Assembly (NCBI RefSeq): GCF_008831285.2
Contig: NC_045138.2
Coordinates: forward strand, 17,856,001 to 17,920,000
Source of the DNA: Nymphaea colorata
Taxonomy: Eukaryota
Length of the DNA: 64,000 bases
Direction: 5' to 3'
Shown here: positions 27,238 to 60,629 of the stretch, in pieces
Numbering within the stretch: position 1 is the first letter of the stretch
How the letters are laid out: each line of letters begins with the position of its first letter
Made by a program: the position numbers and the translations under genes
The notes under the pieces: generated by a model
What the model was told of the DNA's origin: nothing
Seen by the model: only the letters and a program-made list of their open reading frames with translations
Database searches by the model: none

Positions 27238-28608
27238 AACCATGAAATTTTTGCTGGATGTGGTCGTCTATAACCGGGTCCCTTTTACTTTACACCTTCT
27301 CATTTTACTCTCTCTCTCTCTCTCACTCTGGATTTGCACTCTTAGATCATAAAAAATGCTCCTGGAGCTAAGCAACTAGCAGAAAGTCTACACCATCTCA
27401 ATTTGCTCTCTCTCTCTCTCTGTGGATTTATACTCTTAGTTCACAAAAAATGCTGATGGAACAAAAGAAATGGCAGAAACTCATCACGAAAGCAAAGAAG
27501 CTTGCATTCGCAGAAGGCATTCGTTTATTAATGCAGTCAGGTTACTTCCTTCTCTTTCCGAAGGAAGGACACACCAAAATCGATCTTGATATATCTACCA
27601 ACAAAATGCTACCGGGACTGAGTTTCCTTTCGAAAATCAACCAAAACATCACGTAATTGAAGAGAGCCAGCGCTAATGAAAACTGATGAAAGAACACTCA
27701 TAAAGAGCTTCTGTATTGCATCTTTGAAGGTGGATTAGTACTTGATCTTCTCTCACTCAATGATGGTGTTATATTAACTACCATTTTAAAATAATAATAA
27801 TTATTATTATTAAAATGGTGTTTCGAGACATCAAATCTCATGGCCATTCAAGACTCAGAGCAGCCAAACCTGACAGGCCTAACAGAAATAGGGCTGCTTC
27901 ATGCTCAATCTCGTACAACATCATAGGCCTTCTCACACTTTGAACCATTTACGATGCTTACAGAATCTGCCACAGAAATAGCTCATCCAATCACAACATT
28001 TTGAAAACAAAAAAGAACCAGAAAAAGAGAGATCATAGGCCGGCCCTCAGCGGCTAGGGTTTTTCTTCTCTCTCGTAGCGCCTTTTCCTTGTTTGCTTAA
28101 GACTAGCTTTATTCATCCACGCATGCGAGCAAAAGTTGAAAAAAAGACGCATCTTTTCTCGGTTGATTCTTAAAATAAAACTTCCATTCTCTTGAAAACA
28201 GTAACACATGCAAAAAGAAAAGAGGACTAAAAACGATAAAAATCATGTTTAACATGCCTTCATATGCATAAAAACTGACATGATGCCTTCTTGCTATTGG
28301 AAAGACAGGCATAACCATGCAAGCGTGCCAAGGAAAAGGGAAAAGTTCCACCTGCTCACAGTTAATTAATGGATGCATTAGTCACATCTGTTCCCAGTTA
28401 ATTAATCGTTGCATTATATATATATATATGTGTGTGTGTGCGCGCGTGTAAAAGGAGAGATTGAATGGTGCACCCAAGTTACTGTGGTACAATAAATATA
28501 AGAATAATCTTCAAACTTATACAATAATCAGATTATATATCTATATCTGTTGCCATTTAGCCTTTAAACTCACAAAGAAATAGTAAAACATCGATAATAC
28601 CTAATCAG

Positions 28609-28721
<113 letters not shown>

Positions 28722-29204
28722 ACCCTGATATAACAAAGGTATATCAAGGCAAAAACGGGAAAACGGAACAAAAGATTGGTACATTTCCTAAGTCAAAGAA
28801 TAGATAGGAAAGCAAAAACGGAAACAGATGAGAAAGAAAGCAAACACTGGACAGATGAATTGGATTATCATGAGCATTAATCCTTGCAGTATCTGAGACC
28901 TCAGTAAATCGAACAAGAAGTTCTACCAGTGGTCCATCTTCGGTTTCCTTTAAAGGTCGTTTAGAAAAACCAAAACTTAAAAGAAAAAACACCCATGTAC
29001 GCTATAGGTGTTGCACAATGTTAGCAAACAACAGAGAACTAAAGCAGAGAAGATAAAGATGGAAGGGATGAAGTATAGGTAACGAGGAAACAAGAATGAA
29101 GAGAGAGAAAGTTAGGGTACGGAACATACTTACAGAGGTTAGGGTTTGGAGGTGAGCACCATTTTGCAGCACGCACTCCAAACAGAATTCTGAGTTTCAT
29201 TTTT

Positions 29205-29335
29205 TGCCAGTACAAGAGAAGAGGTGAGGCTGCCGGAGCATGACCTAGCATGGCCGGGCGGCCAGGGTTCGAACCCACCGACCAAGCCCATACAGCCAGA
29301 TCATGCTGGCAGCTTCACCGATTCTCTTATGGCAC
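29205..29335 (-). ncRNA. MIR167: MIR167 precursor hairpin, copy 2; mature miR167-5p at 29297-29317
   Basis: The reverse complement of 29297-29317 is TGAAGCTGCCAGCATGATCTG(G). The star arm at ~29223-29246 reads AGGTCATGCTCCGGCAGCCTCACC. The lower stem TGCCATAAGAGAATCGG pairs with CCTCTTCTCTTGTACTGGCA. Confidence 0.95.
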
Positions 29336-29495
29336 TCTCCATCAGCACCCAGGAGAGAGAAAGACTCTCTCTCTCTCTCTCTCTAGCCAGAAGAAAGACT
29401 GATGAACAGCCTACGCAGAAAGGATAACATCAGCAAAAGAGATAACGAGGGGAGGAAGAAGAAGGAACACGAAAGCCTCGATACCTAATGACCAG

Positions 29496-29503
29496 TTATA
29501 TAG
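29496..29503 (-). promoter_or_regulatory. Putative TATA box (CTATATAA) of MIR167 copy 2
   Basis: The minus strand reads CCCTATATAACT about 180 nt upstream of the mature miRNA and is followed by a pyrimidine-rich leader. Confidence 0.65.
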
Positions 29504-29754
29504 GGATCGAACTAAGCAAAGGCCCTTAAGTCAGGCAGTTATTACTATAAGGCCACCCAAGCCTCACGTCGTACGTGTAGATGATGACGTGAAATTGGCA
29601 ATTTAAGGTGCTCAACTTTTCTGAGAAAAATAGTAAAAAAATCCCCATTAATGGCTACCATATTCTCAAGTCACCAACCAATTCGAAATTCCGGGATATT
29701 TTCCTCTTTTACCGATTCCCGTTGACTCTTTTTCATCTTCAAATTGCAAAGATG

Positions 29755-29756
<2 letters not shown>

Positions 29757-29815
<59 letters not shown>
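29757..29815. repeat. Compound (CT)n(TA)n microsatellite upstream of MIR167 copy 2
   Basis: A CT run followed by a TA run. Confidence 0.9.
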
Positions 29816-30595
29816 GATATGGGTGCTTTTGAAGCTAGAATCGTCTCCTCGTATCATAATCTTAAAAAAGAAAGGAAAGATAGAACTGCACGAAAAGATG
29901 ATTTACGCGGCCCTCGTGCATGCCCATGAACATGCAGCCTTTGGAAGCCTTATTCATGGACATGAAATTCTTCCATCTCCAATGCCATGGCCGTGTGATT
30001 CTTTTGGACCTACAACAGCCTCCATTGGAAGATTTATGGTTAGTCAAGTGAAAAAGACTTAGTTGGTTCATGTGCTAAGCTCTATAATTAGCTAAGAACG
30101 AGATCTTTTCAGTTATTATGAGTTATTCGGCAGATGAATGTCGATGGATATTTTATTAAGGAAACCTATACAGTGCCTACATTTCTTAGTGGACTTTTTT
30201 TCTAAACTTTTCGTGTTCTCTGGAAGAAGAATCGCCTCGTACATTTAAGATGGTAATAACAACAAGAAAAGGAAGGTGGAAGAAGTAATTGAAAATGGGC
30301 AGAAGTAGAAGACACCTAGAAAGATGGCAGAGGGACAAACGCAGGGTGGGATGGAAGGCAGGCTATGGTAGGTATCAGAATCCTTGGTACGAACTTCTTA
30401 GAGGGAGAGTCAGGCTCACGGACTCTGTGGCCTGAGGGAGGGGCAGAGCAGGTGGGTGAAGAGGGGAGAAAGGCGAGGAGGATTCTTGATCTTCCATTGA
30501 ATGAATGGGAGTGCAACGAGCCGCTAATTAGACTTTTAGGCCCCTATTGCATCGATAGCAACGCTTTCTTTCTCCCTCTCCCTCTCCCTCCCGTT

Positions 30596-30598
<3 letters not shown>

Positions 30599-30674
<76 letters not shown>
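30599..30674. repeat. Compound (TA)n(GA)n microsatellite
   Basis: A TA run followed by a GA run. Confidence 0.95.
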
Positions 30675-30677
<3 letters not shown>

Positions 30678-32039
30678 CAACTTTCCTCAGAGCTTAACCT
30701 CGCAAGCTTAACAATCAAGTGCTTCATTACTCAATGAGTTGGAGTTGATGTTCAAATCCTGTGATTCCTGTCACGATTCAATATGATGGGTACAAGGGGA
30801 GGCAGCTGCATCTCTTTTGAAGCGGTGGAATCACCCTCAAAAAAATATATATATATAAATATTCAACTGCTTGATTCCAGTATGTCATGAATTTAATCAC
30901 TGGATTCTTTTGATTTGTCCCGTCGACAAGTTTAAGTTCCTTTCATGAATTTATGGCAATAAAAACTCTGCATGTTAGCTAAAAGAAAATACGTTGCCTC
31001 ATGTTCCTTGTCTTAAAATCATATTATCAACTAATCAAATACCCAAAATGAATTATTAGATGTGATTCACATAGTCTATATAACATATAATAACGTTTTA
31101 AACTAATCATTTGAACATTATATATATATATATATATATATATATAATGGTGACTTTCACTCTCTCAGAGTCACCTAGCCATTTAACCAGCAGCGTCTGG
31201 CGTCTGATTCAATATGATTGACAATTAAGAGAGAAATGAATACAACAAAGTAAAAAGATTTTTTCTCCTATATTATTGGTTTACATCTTTTCTTTTTGTT
31301 TTTCTCTCAATCATTTATCTGCTTTAAATAATTAAGTGACTATATATATATATATATTACTAAGAATTAGCTTGGTTAAAGATTTTCGGTTTACTAAGCC
31401 ACTGATTTATTTAGAGTACATGAAAGTCATATTGAAACACGAAATATGCACGACTTTGTGCTTAGAATGGCCTTTGATTATTTCCGATATCCTGAAGACG
31501 AGGGCAGGACCTTGAGGTTGTCTGTTACTAACTAATTAGGATCTACGATCGTTGTTTCAATCAAGAAATCGGCACATAATTAGATTTCCTTTTTTACAAT
31601 CCAAGGACTGGTAAATGCTGAGAAGAAGTTCACAACTTCTAGAAAAAAAAATGATGGGAAATACTAAAATTCTTCTCTCTAAACCAAACCTGGAGACATA
31701 TTTAAAATTTGCTCATTTACTCAATCAAACTATGCTTTAAACTGGCACAAATTGTGACAACCTTTTTGAATTTTTTTTTTCTTGCTATGATGTTATGGCA
31801 CGATTCGACGGACCGATCTTTTTCATTTCCTCCAACATATAATTCAAGTAACAGAGCACAAAAAAAGGCCTGAGGGTGATGCACGACAGTTCTGTGTTAA
31901 CTTGCACAAACGGTGTGTGAGCTCAACTTAAGAAAATGTCTCATGTTTTTCTTTTCGATCGATGAGCATGGACTGCAACCATAAGATTAAGAACCGTGTA
32001 AGATTGCCAGTTACTGGTCTTAAAGTTGAGCATGGCTAC

Positions 32040-32285
32040 TTTTAGTGACGTCCTGATGTAGCCGTAGGTAAAAGTTAATTTTTTAACGACGTTTGTACTC
32101 TAGACGTTGATAAAAGGCTGATTTCAACAACATATTAAGGCCACGCGTTGGTGAAGGCTGTTTTTCACTGACGTCGATGTTGGTGAAAATTAATATTCAT
32201 CGACATTTGTCTTCGGACGTCCATAAAAAGTAACCTTTCACCAAGTGAGTTTTTCTAAGCGTTGGTGAATCTTTTTTTTTTTAAT
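32040..32285. mobile_element. Decayed CACTA-like subterminal repeat array
   Basis: Alternating direct and inverted motifs (TTTCACYRACG / CGTTGGTGAA, GACGT cores) end in a T-run. No intact terminal TAGTG or transposase is visible. Confidence 0.5.
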
Positions 32286-35200
32286 GGTTCCTATGTTCAT
32301 ATAAAATTGCATTTAGGGTGAGCTTCTTAAAAACCAAGTTTTAACAAAACTACATTTTCCAAAAGGTATAAATAACCAAACCTGATTATGTGCACTCCCC
32401 TATTAATAAAAATTTGTGTACGAAAATGTGAAATGACCAGAATACCCGGACCAATAAAATGGAGAACCTCCCTTATTAAAGACAAAAAAAACGGTATTGA
32501 AAAGTTAAAAGTCTAAAAAAATGCATTCCTTTTGAAAAATCCTCAAAACACTTCAAATCCCCTTCTTTTCTTGGACGTATATCTATTATATGCAGCACCC
32601 AGCGTGCAGGCAACTCGATCTTATTAACTCCCGCACGCTTATATTATGTTATTTGCAAAAAACATCATTTTGGTCTTGCCATCTAAAAAAGCTAGCTAAA
32701 AGACTAAGATTTTAGTAAGCTTAGTTCATTAAGAAAAGTTTGGGAGATGGTCGAACCAAGTTTTTACAAAACCCAATTTTTACAAAACACTATTTTTTTA
32801 AAAAAAAGACGTGAACATCTTGATTTCCTTCAAGTTTTTTTCTACACAGAACATAGTTCTGATCTTGCTATCCAAACCCATAGACCAGATTTCAAAAACT
32901 CCTTCGACATTAAGAATTATCTCAATCGAAATAATCTAATATGAGGTCCGCAAAACCCCAGTTTGCCTATCTAAAATAATATAATATGTAAGGCTGCAAA
33001 ACGGATATCGCTTTTGACAATAATAAAGTTGCATGAATCTCTTAAGGTTCATAAAAGGCATTCATATACGTTTAAAATAAAAATATAATGAAAGACTGAT
33101 TTCATGTAGTTAACCAAATCAGGCTAGCCTTCAAGTTTTATCAAAAGAGTTCCTGTCTTGAAAAAAAAAAAGAAAAAGAAATAGTACGAATTTTGTGACC
33201 ATTGAATTGTTTCAAGACTCCACACAGCAAAATCATACAGAAGAAGACTTATTTATCTAATATCCATCTAAGTATCAACAAGAATCCATCAATTTTAAAT
33301 TTTAATTATTTCTAATGAAAAGGTGCAGGTTGGCCGATAGACACATTTTACTTTGCCTGGTTTGCAACGTTGGGATACCATGAAAGTCTCATGCAATTTT
33401 CACGATTCAACCAACCATGCTTTCATAATCTAATAAAGGTGTATTATTAAGGACTAGAACTTTGAAATATACCTCACCTCACGGAGGGTTCGCACTTAAT
33501 GTATAATTTTAGTCCTCCTGGCTTTAATACTTTTTTACTGAGTTGAAGGACGACCGCTTCCTTCTCCGGTGAATAGATCAACGACAGAATCGCAAGGGAA
33601 TTTTCAGAAGAATGAGTAAGAAAATCTCGGAACTCATGAGAACCATTGTGAGTTCTTCAATTATATTGATAGGATTGCACGTTATCGGGTCAGAAATATC
33701 TTTCCTCAAAAGATTTGTACCAACTAACGTTATGAGAGAGAGAGAGAGAGGAGGGAAGGACTGGTGAAGTGGGGTGGGACAAGAACCGGTCCACTTAGCC
33801 TCCATAGCGGCACTCTTAATCTCAAGATCAACAGTACTCCTCAATGCGGTTACGATAACACTTTCTCAATTTTGAATTACGGACGTGGTTGGCGCATGCG
33901 ACTCGACCAGTTGCACTACTAATAGAGAGAAAGATATTTGTCTTAGTCTTTCAAAGTTTGAGGTTAAGCTGTTGCATTCCTTTAGATTAACCAGTGGACA
34001 CTGGATACTTGTGTGACAAGAGTTCAAAGTAGAGGATGTATCTATAGCTATGAGGAACGGACTTCTTGCCCTTGGCCCTGTCTTAGGAAGGCTTCTTGTC
34101 GATCTCCAAGGGGAAATAGAGAGAGAGAGCTATCCCCAGTTCTTGCCAACGGGTTAAAATTAGATCTATCACCAACACTAGTCACAAGGCACTTTGCTGG
34201 GCAAAGATGCATTCAAAAGAAATATGAATCAAACACCAAACACACTCAATGTATCCTTCTTGGCCACTTACAACCAAGGGTGCAAATGGATCGGATTCAA
34301 TATGAGAATTTCATTAATTGTGAGGTCCATTATGCTCCTAGATCTCAATCCATGTGTATTTAGCTGTGTTCGATCCAGTCCGACCCGACCCGCGATCCAA
34401 AGGTCGGCCTTGATCAACAACTTGAATGATGATGGCCCATGATGGGTTGCAGGAATGAGATGAGGAGTGTCCCAACTTGCCACTAAATGGGCCCATTTTA
34501 CTTAGTTGGCCACGTTTATGCTTCAGAGATCCAGCCTACCCAAGAGCATGAGAACCTGTTTTTGCTGGTCCAGTTGGGTGGTCCTTGTTCTATGACTGCT
34601 GAATTGAAACCCTAGAAGAGCCAGTGCCAATGGCAGCCTGCACTTAGAATTTAGGGTTTTTTTCCCCTCTTTTTTGCCATACTTGGTTGAACCTATAAAC
34701 AGTTTTTATTTGATCCGTCATGAGTTTGCCCAATTTTGCTAAAGAATTGGTGTGCAACAAACTCTTAGCTGTGGAGTAGAGAGAATTATGGTCTCCCAAT
34801 TTCTTAGTTTTTTCTCTTTCAGCTTCCTTGACAACGAGTTTTGGGATAGAGAGCTTTCTTTCACAGTGACAGCATCTTTTTTTGGTCTTAGTAAATGCAA
34901 TTGGTTTTAATGGTGATATTTACCATTAAATGTTTGATGGTACTAATAGTTGGCATTAAATGTCTACTGATCACTACGCTTCCAACTAAAATGTCAATAA
35001 ATAACGGAGAATTTATAATGAAAACCACTTGAAGCATCAATTATTCCAAGACAAACAAAATTTTCACATTTCTTGTTTTATTTCTTGAAAGATATCAATG
35101 TGCTTGATTCAAGTTTCGATAATTGAACTGCCCCTTTATATTCAAGTGAACTTAGCATTCTTCCAAGACCAACGAGATTTTCGTGTAAAATTTGTTTTAA

Positions 35201-35507
35201 TTTTGTACTTGTTGTAAGATATATATGTTTGTTTTTCAAGTTTCCAATCAACCGAGTATCCTCTATCCTGTCTTCTATTAAAAACATAAGCTGATTTCTT
35301 TATATATATATATATATATATAAAGCTTGAGCTCATTTATGTCAGAAAGAAAAAATATAAAAAGAAGAAGATGGCAGTAATGTAAATTTTCCATGGGTAT
35401 CTTAAGTAAAGACCAACTACTAAGGCACCAAGGCAGGAAGCCTGATCAATGCAATTAACTCAAAAGAGATTGAAAGAGATGCTACTTCCTATACAACTGT
35501 ACCTACT

Positions 35508-35574
35508 CCTGACCCAACCCTGAGCCCTCAGCTCTGACCCTAACCCTAGCCCTAACCCTAAACTTAACCCTAAA
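35508..35574 (+). repeat. Short degenerate telomere-like array (CCCTAA/CCCTAG/CCCTGA/CCCTAAA)
   Basis: Reads ...CCCTGAGCCCTCAGCTCTGACCCTAACCCTAGCCCTAACCCTAAACTTAACCCTAAA. Confidence 0.6.
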
Positions 35575-38402
35575 AGGTACTACTTTAATCAACTCTCTCT
35601 CTCTCTCTCTCCTCTCTCTGAGGTCTGTGGTCCTCTCTTCCCTGACCTCTCCTGAAACAACATCCCAACCAGCAGAGAAAGTAAATATGATGTGCAGCTG
35701 CTATGGCCATTAAAGACCACATATGTGTTGTCTTAAAGGCTTTCATGGATGAAATCATTAGGGTTGAATGCCTCATCACATGCGGTCACATGCAACCCAT
35801 GCATGTCATAGAGTCAGCATAAATTTTTGTCTTATTTACTTGATTTTCTTTTGTCGGTGTGGAAGATTTAATTTCCCTGTACTTTTCTTCCACCGGTCGA
35901 TTACGATTTTGAAATGTCGAACAAGTTGGTCTGTACTTCACCATTGAAAGAAAGGAACGCCCATCTCAAAAAGAAATCGTAAAGAATCACTTTCTATGTC
36001 TCTGCAAGAACAATTTGAAAAGAAAAGCGATCTGACAAAAAAAAAACGTAATAATTTTCTTTTAGTTTTTTGGGCATGTTGGTTTTGTACTTCTCCAATC
36101 TGATAAGATGTCTATGGGAAAAAATCCATGAAAAAGTTTTCCAAGAAATGAAATCCATGAGTAGATTGCAATAAATTGTGAGAAAAGACCAAGGAATATT
36201 GGCATGAAGGTGACAAATGAAAACGTGACAACAAATTATAAAGAAATTGACATCTCTCTCTCTCTCTCTCGCTCTACAAATAAGAACAAAAAGATAGACC
36301 AAAGGAGCATAAAGAGCCTGGATTTCGTAATCCAGCTTCAGTTTTGACTGCCTTTTCGATATGAAACGTGGCCTTAGAAAAAGGACATCATGCGCTTCAA
36401 GGACAACGGTCAAACTATCTTATTTTCTTTAAAAATACATCTCCTTTCTATGCTTCCTGACTTGTTTTTTCTGGTTTTAGTTCCAATTTTCTGTTCCTCC
36501 CTGTTGATTCGTACTGCCAAAATAGAAGGACGAGTCACATATCTGATACAGTATCTAAATCCGCGCATTCGTTGGAAATCGTATCTCAGATCGGGTGGTT
36601 GGGTTATATGGGTATCAACTTATGCGTTTGGATTTCCAACATTAAGATCTTCTTTGGATTCTGAGCTCAAAATCTGATTCCACTGATTCAATTGTAAACC
36701 TTAGGGGTCGTTTCCGCAAATGGTGCTCCATGAATCATACTCTTAGTTCTATTGCTTCTCAGTTTTTGAAAATAAATTTATATAACACTCACATAATGTT
36801 TTAACTGCCAAACAAAAAAAATCTGGTTTTAAACCAGTTTCTAATAGTTTCTGTTCTTGGGCGGCAGACTAAATCGACATTTTCTCTCGATAGTGCGGTT
36901 TTCGATTTGACAAATGTGGCAGAATATCTGATCGAGCTCAAGCGAAGCTCAACCTTCGCTCGTCAGAGCCACGTGAAGTTTATTTTATATTGGAGCACGC
37001 CAAGTTTTTCCACCAAACTGTCTGTGAGTATGAGTGAAACATTTTCTACATATTTATTCATACAACGAGCACCAATGTGAGAAACGACTGAAACTTTTTC
37101 TACATATTTAAGTCTAATTGTCAAAACATTTTTGAGCACCATCTTTAATATGTAGTAAACTAGTCATTAGCAACACAATGCTTTGGTATGGCTCCACTGC
37201 TTTCTAACAGGAAGAAATACTGATGATCTCATCTTCTTGCGTGTGGTCAGGAGCTCCGGCATATCTGATGGAGTTGCAATTCGATCCATAAATTTCAAAT
37301 TTGTATTGTGCCAATTTTCGTAAGCTATACTTTCATCCGAATTTACCCACCCAAACAGAACCTAAGACACATTTCCAGCTCGAGCATGGTTCGAACTCAA
37401 GCTCGAGCTCCTTATAGCAAGCTCGAGCTCGACTCAACTGCACAAAATCGGGCTCGAACTCAACTTGTTAAACTCTTGTAAGCATTAACTTGTGAAAAAT
37501 TATTTTTGCCCCAAAGTTAAAACCAGTGATTCGGTGAATCGGTTGTGGCCGGCTGATACAGTAATGGATAGAAGCGGTTGTCGGACAGGCTGATCTCTAA
37601 CACGTCAACGCGACCTAGAGGACATTAACCCCTCCAAATTAGTCCGACTTTGTATCCGTTGAGAAGAAAAACGACTACTTCTGAATTGATCCAATTTTAC
37701 ATAGATTGTGAGTAAACTCAAATTTGATGAAGGATGGCTTGACCCAAATCCTCCCTATAAAAAAAAGGGGGGTGTCCCAGGGTTTTTCACCCCTAAGAAA
37801 TTATCGAGACAATGTTTGACAAGCAACAGAATGTGACTAATTACTCTCACGACCGTCACCTTCTTGCAGTTGAAGCTGACGCCATTAGTGGACCTTCTAG
37901 AGTCCAGTAGGTACACCAGGATGTTTTACCACTTCTCTCATGCGAGTTCATGTTCAGGTTTACCTTTCTATGGAAAGAAAGATACAGTGAAGGATTTTGA
38001 ATTTGAGTATTATATCGTGAAACTCATTAAGAAAAAAATGAAAATCATTCTTTTGCATGAACTTGTGAACATCACCGAGTTGAGAAAATATGGATCTCAT
38101 AGAAGCTGCTGCAAAGTTGAAGAGGCACCTGAAAGGAGATGTCGTGGGGGGGTGTGTTGATATTCTACTGCCATGTCTCTTCATAAATCTTAGGAATAAA
38201 AAGTTATATATAGAAAATCGAAAGTGCCAAGATTTTACAATCCGCAACTTATATTGCTGAAAACTTGAGAAAGGGTTACATACTCTCATGCGTGTGTGCG
38301 AACCAAAGACCCATATTTATCAATTTTAGAAATGAACAGTTTCGAAAAATAATCTTTTCAATAAAGCAGGTCACCTATTGAACTTGAGATTGACTTGGTT
38401 GG

Positions 38403-38480
38403 TAGCTAGTGGAGCCGTGCATGAACAGGTTTTCAACCTCATAGCTAGTCGAGCAGTGCATGAACGGGTTTTCAACCTCA
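38403..38480. repeat. 39-bp tandem duplication
   Basis: TAGCTAGTsGAGCmGTGCATGAACrGGTTTTCAACCTCA occurs at 38403-38441 and 38442-38480. Confidence 0.9.
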
Positions 38481-38503
38481 CAATCACCCTAAACAAGGCC
38501 TAT

Positions 38504-38548
<45 letters not shown>

Positions 38549-39588
38549 ACACACACACACACAAAACATATGATTATGAGCAACATTTAACTATTTGAAC
38601 TTAAATGACGATAAATTGAACTTAGTGCTGACGGTGAGCCTGCAGAAATGGATCCAGCCCGAGTCCCAGGACAGCCTTAGAGGCAAGTCCGGAGACTATG
38701 ATAGGCTTCTATCCGGATATACGCTTGATATGAGAAAGAAACACATTATGCCGGTTTGATTGGAGATGGCAACATAGGAATAAAATTTCACATCAAACAA
38801 GTAAAAACTGGGAACCTGCCGAACAGATGCCAGCCTTCTTCGCACAAAGGGAGGAAAATAGCAACTTAACCTTAAAAATGTAAAGACTTCATATGATTGA
38901 TTATTTATAAAAAATGTAAATAACCCGTGCTTTTTGTGTTCATATAACAATAACGAAGGAATTTCCAGGAACCATTGCTTGAACATCAACTGACACAACT
39001 ATAAAAAAAACAAGAGAGAAAAACACCGACCCACATAATGTACAACATGATTACATACTTGCACAAGGGCAAGCCTTTTTTCTACCCACGTTAATGTGGA
39101 AAGAGTTGCCGCTGTTGCATCCGCACAAAGAATCACCAAAACATAGAATCATTAGAATGCCTGTACCCGACAGGACCGCCCTCTATACAACAAAAAGAAT
39201 ATGAAACGAATTATTTACACCAACAACCTACACAGTGTGGACATGCATATTTGAGAAAATTTCTTTTTCTGCTGATCAGCTCGTCAAAAAGGCAGCCAAC
39301 AGCGTCAGCAGATCTCCACGTCATTTCTTAGCAATTTGGCTTCTCAGTCTGGTTTTCCTTTTCTCCTTCCTGAAAAGATTAGTCAAATTGGATTCTTGCC
39401 AAGTCCTGCCAGTCTGTGCCAGCTGAGAAATCTTGTCACCAGTCTTTGTTATTTATCAAAATGGTCCATGCTTTCAAACAGATTATGGATCTACCTCGCG
39501 CTTTACTGAACACATGTTCTTTAGGTCAAAAGCAGATTAGAGACAGGTTCTGCTAATTAAGCAAAAGCAGGAAGAGCCACCATTTTGA

Positions 39589-60555
<20,967 letters not shown>

Positions 60556-60621
60556 CGTTCTGCCAGATGAATGAAACACGAATTGTCATCTGTGGCTCGA
60601 CAGCCACCGATGATCGGATTG

Positions 60622-60629
60622 AAACCCTA
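60622..60629. promoter_or_regulatory. Telo-box (AAACCCTA) upstream of the SPI start codon
   Basis: AAACCCTAG lies about 70 nt upstream of the ATG, in the GC-richer 5' region. Confidence 0.4.

Noticed and set aside
29039..29427. ORFs 29039-29278 (-) and 29224-29427 (+) over the MIR167 hairpin
   Set aside because: Explained by the GC-rich precursor. The minus ORF starts inside the hairpin loop region and runs through a likely splice donor.
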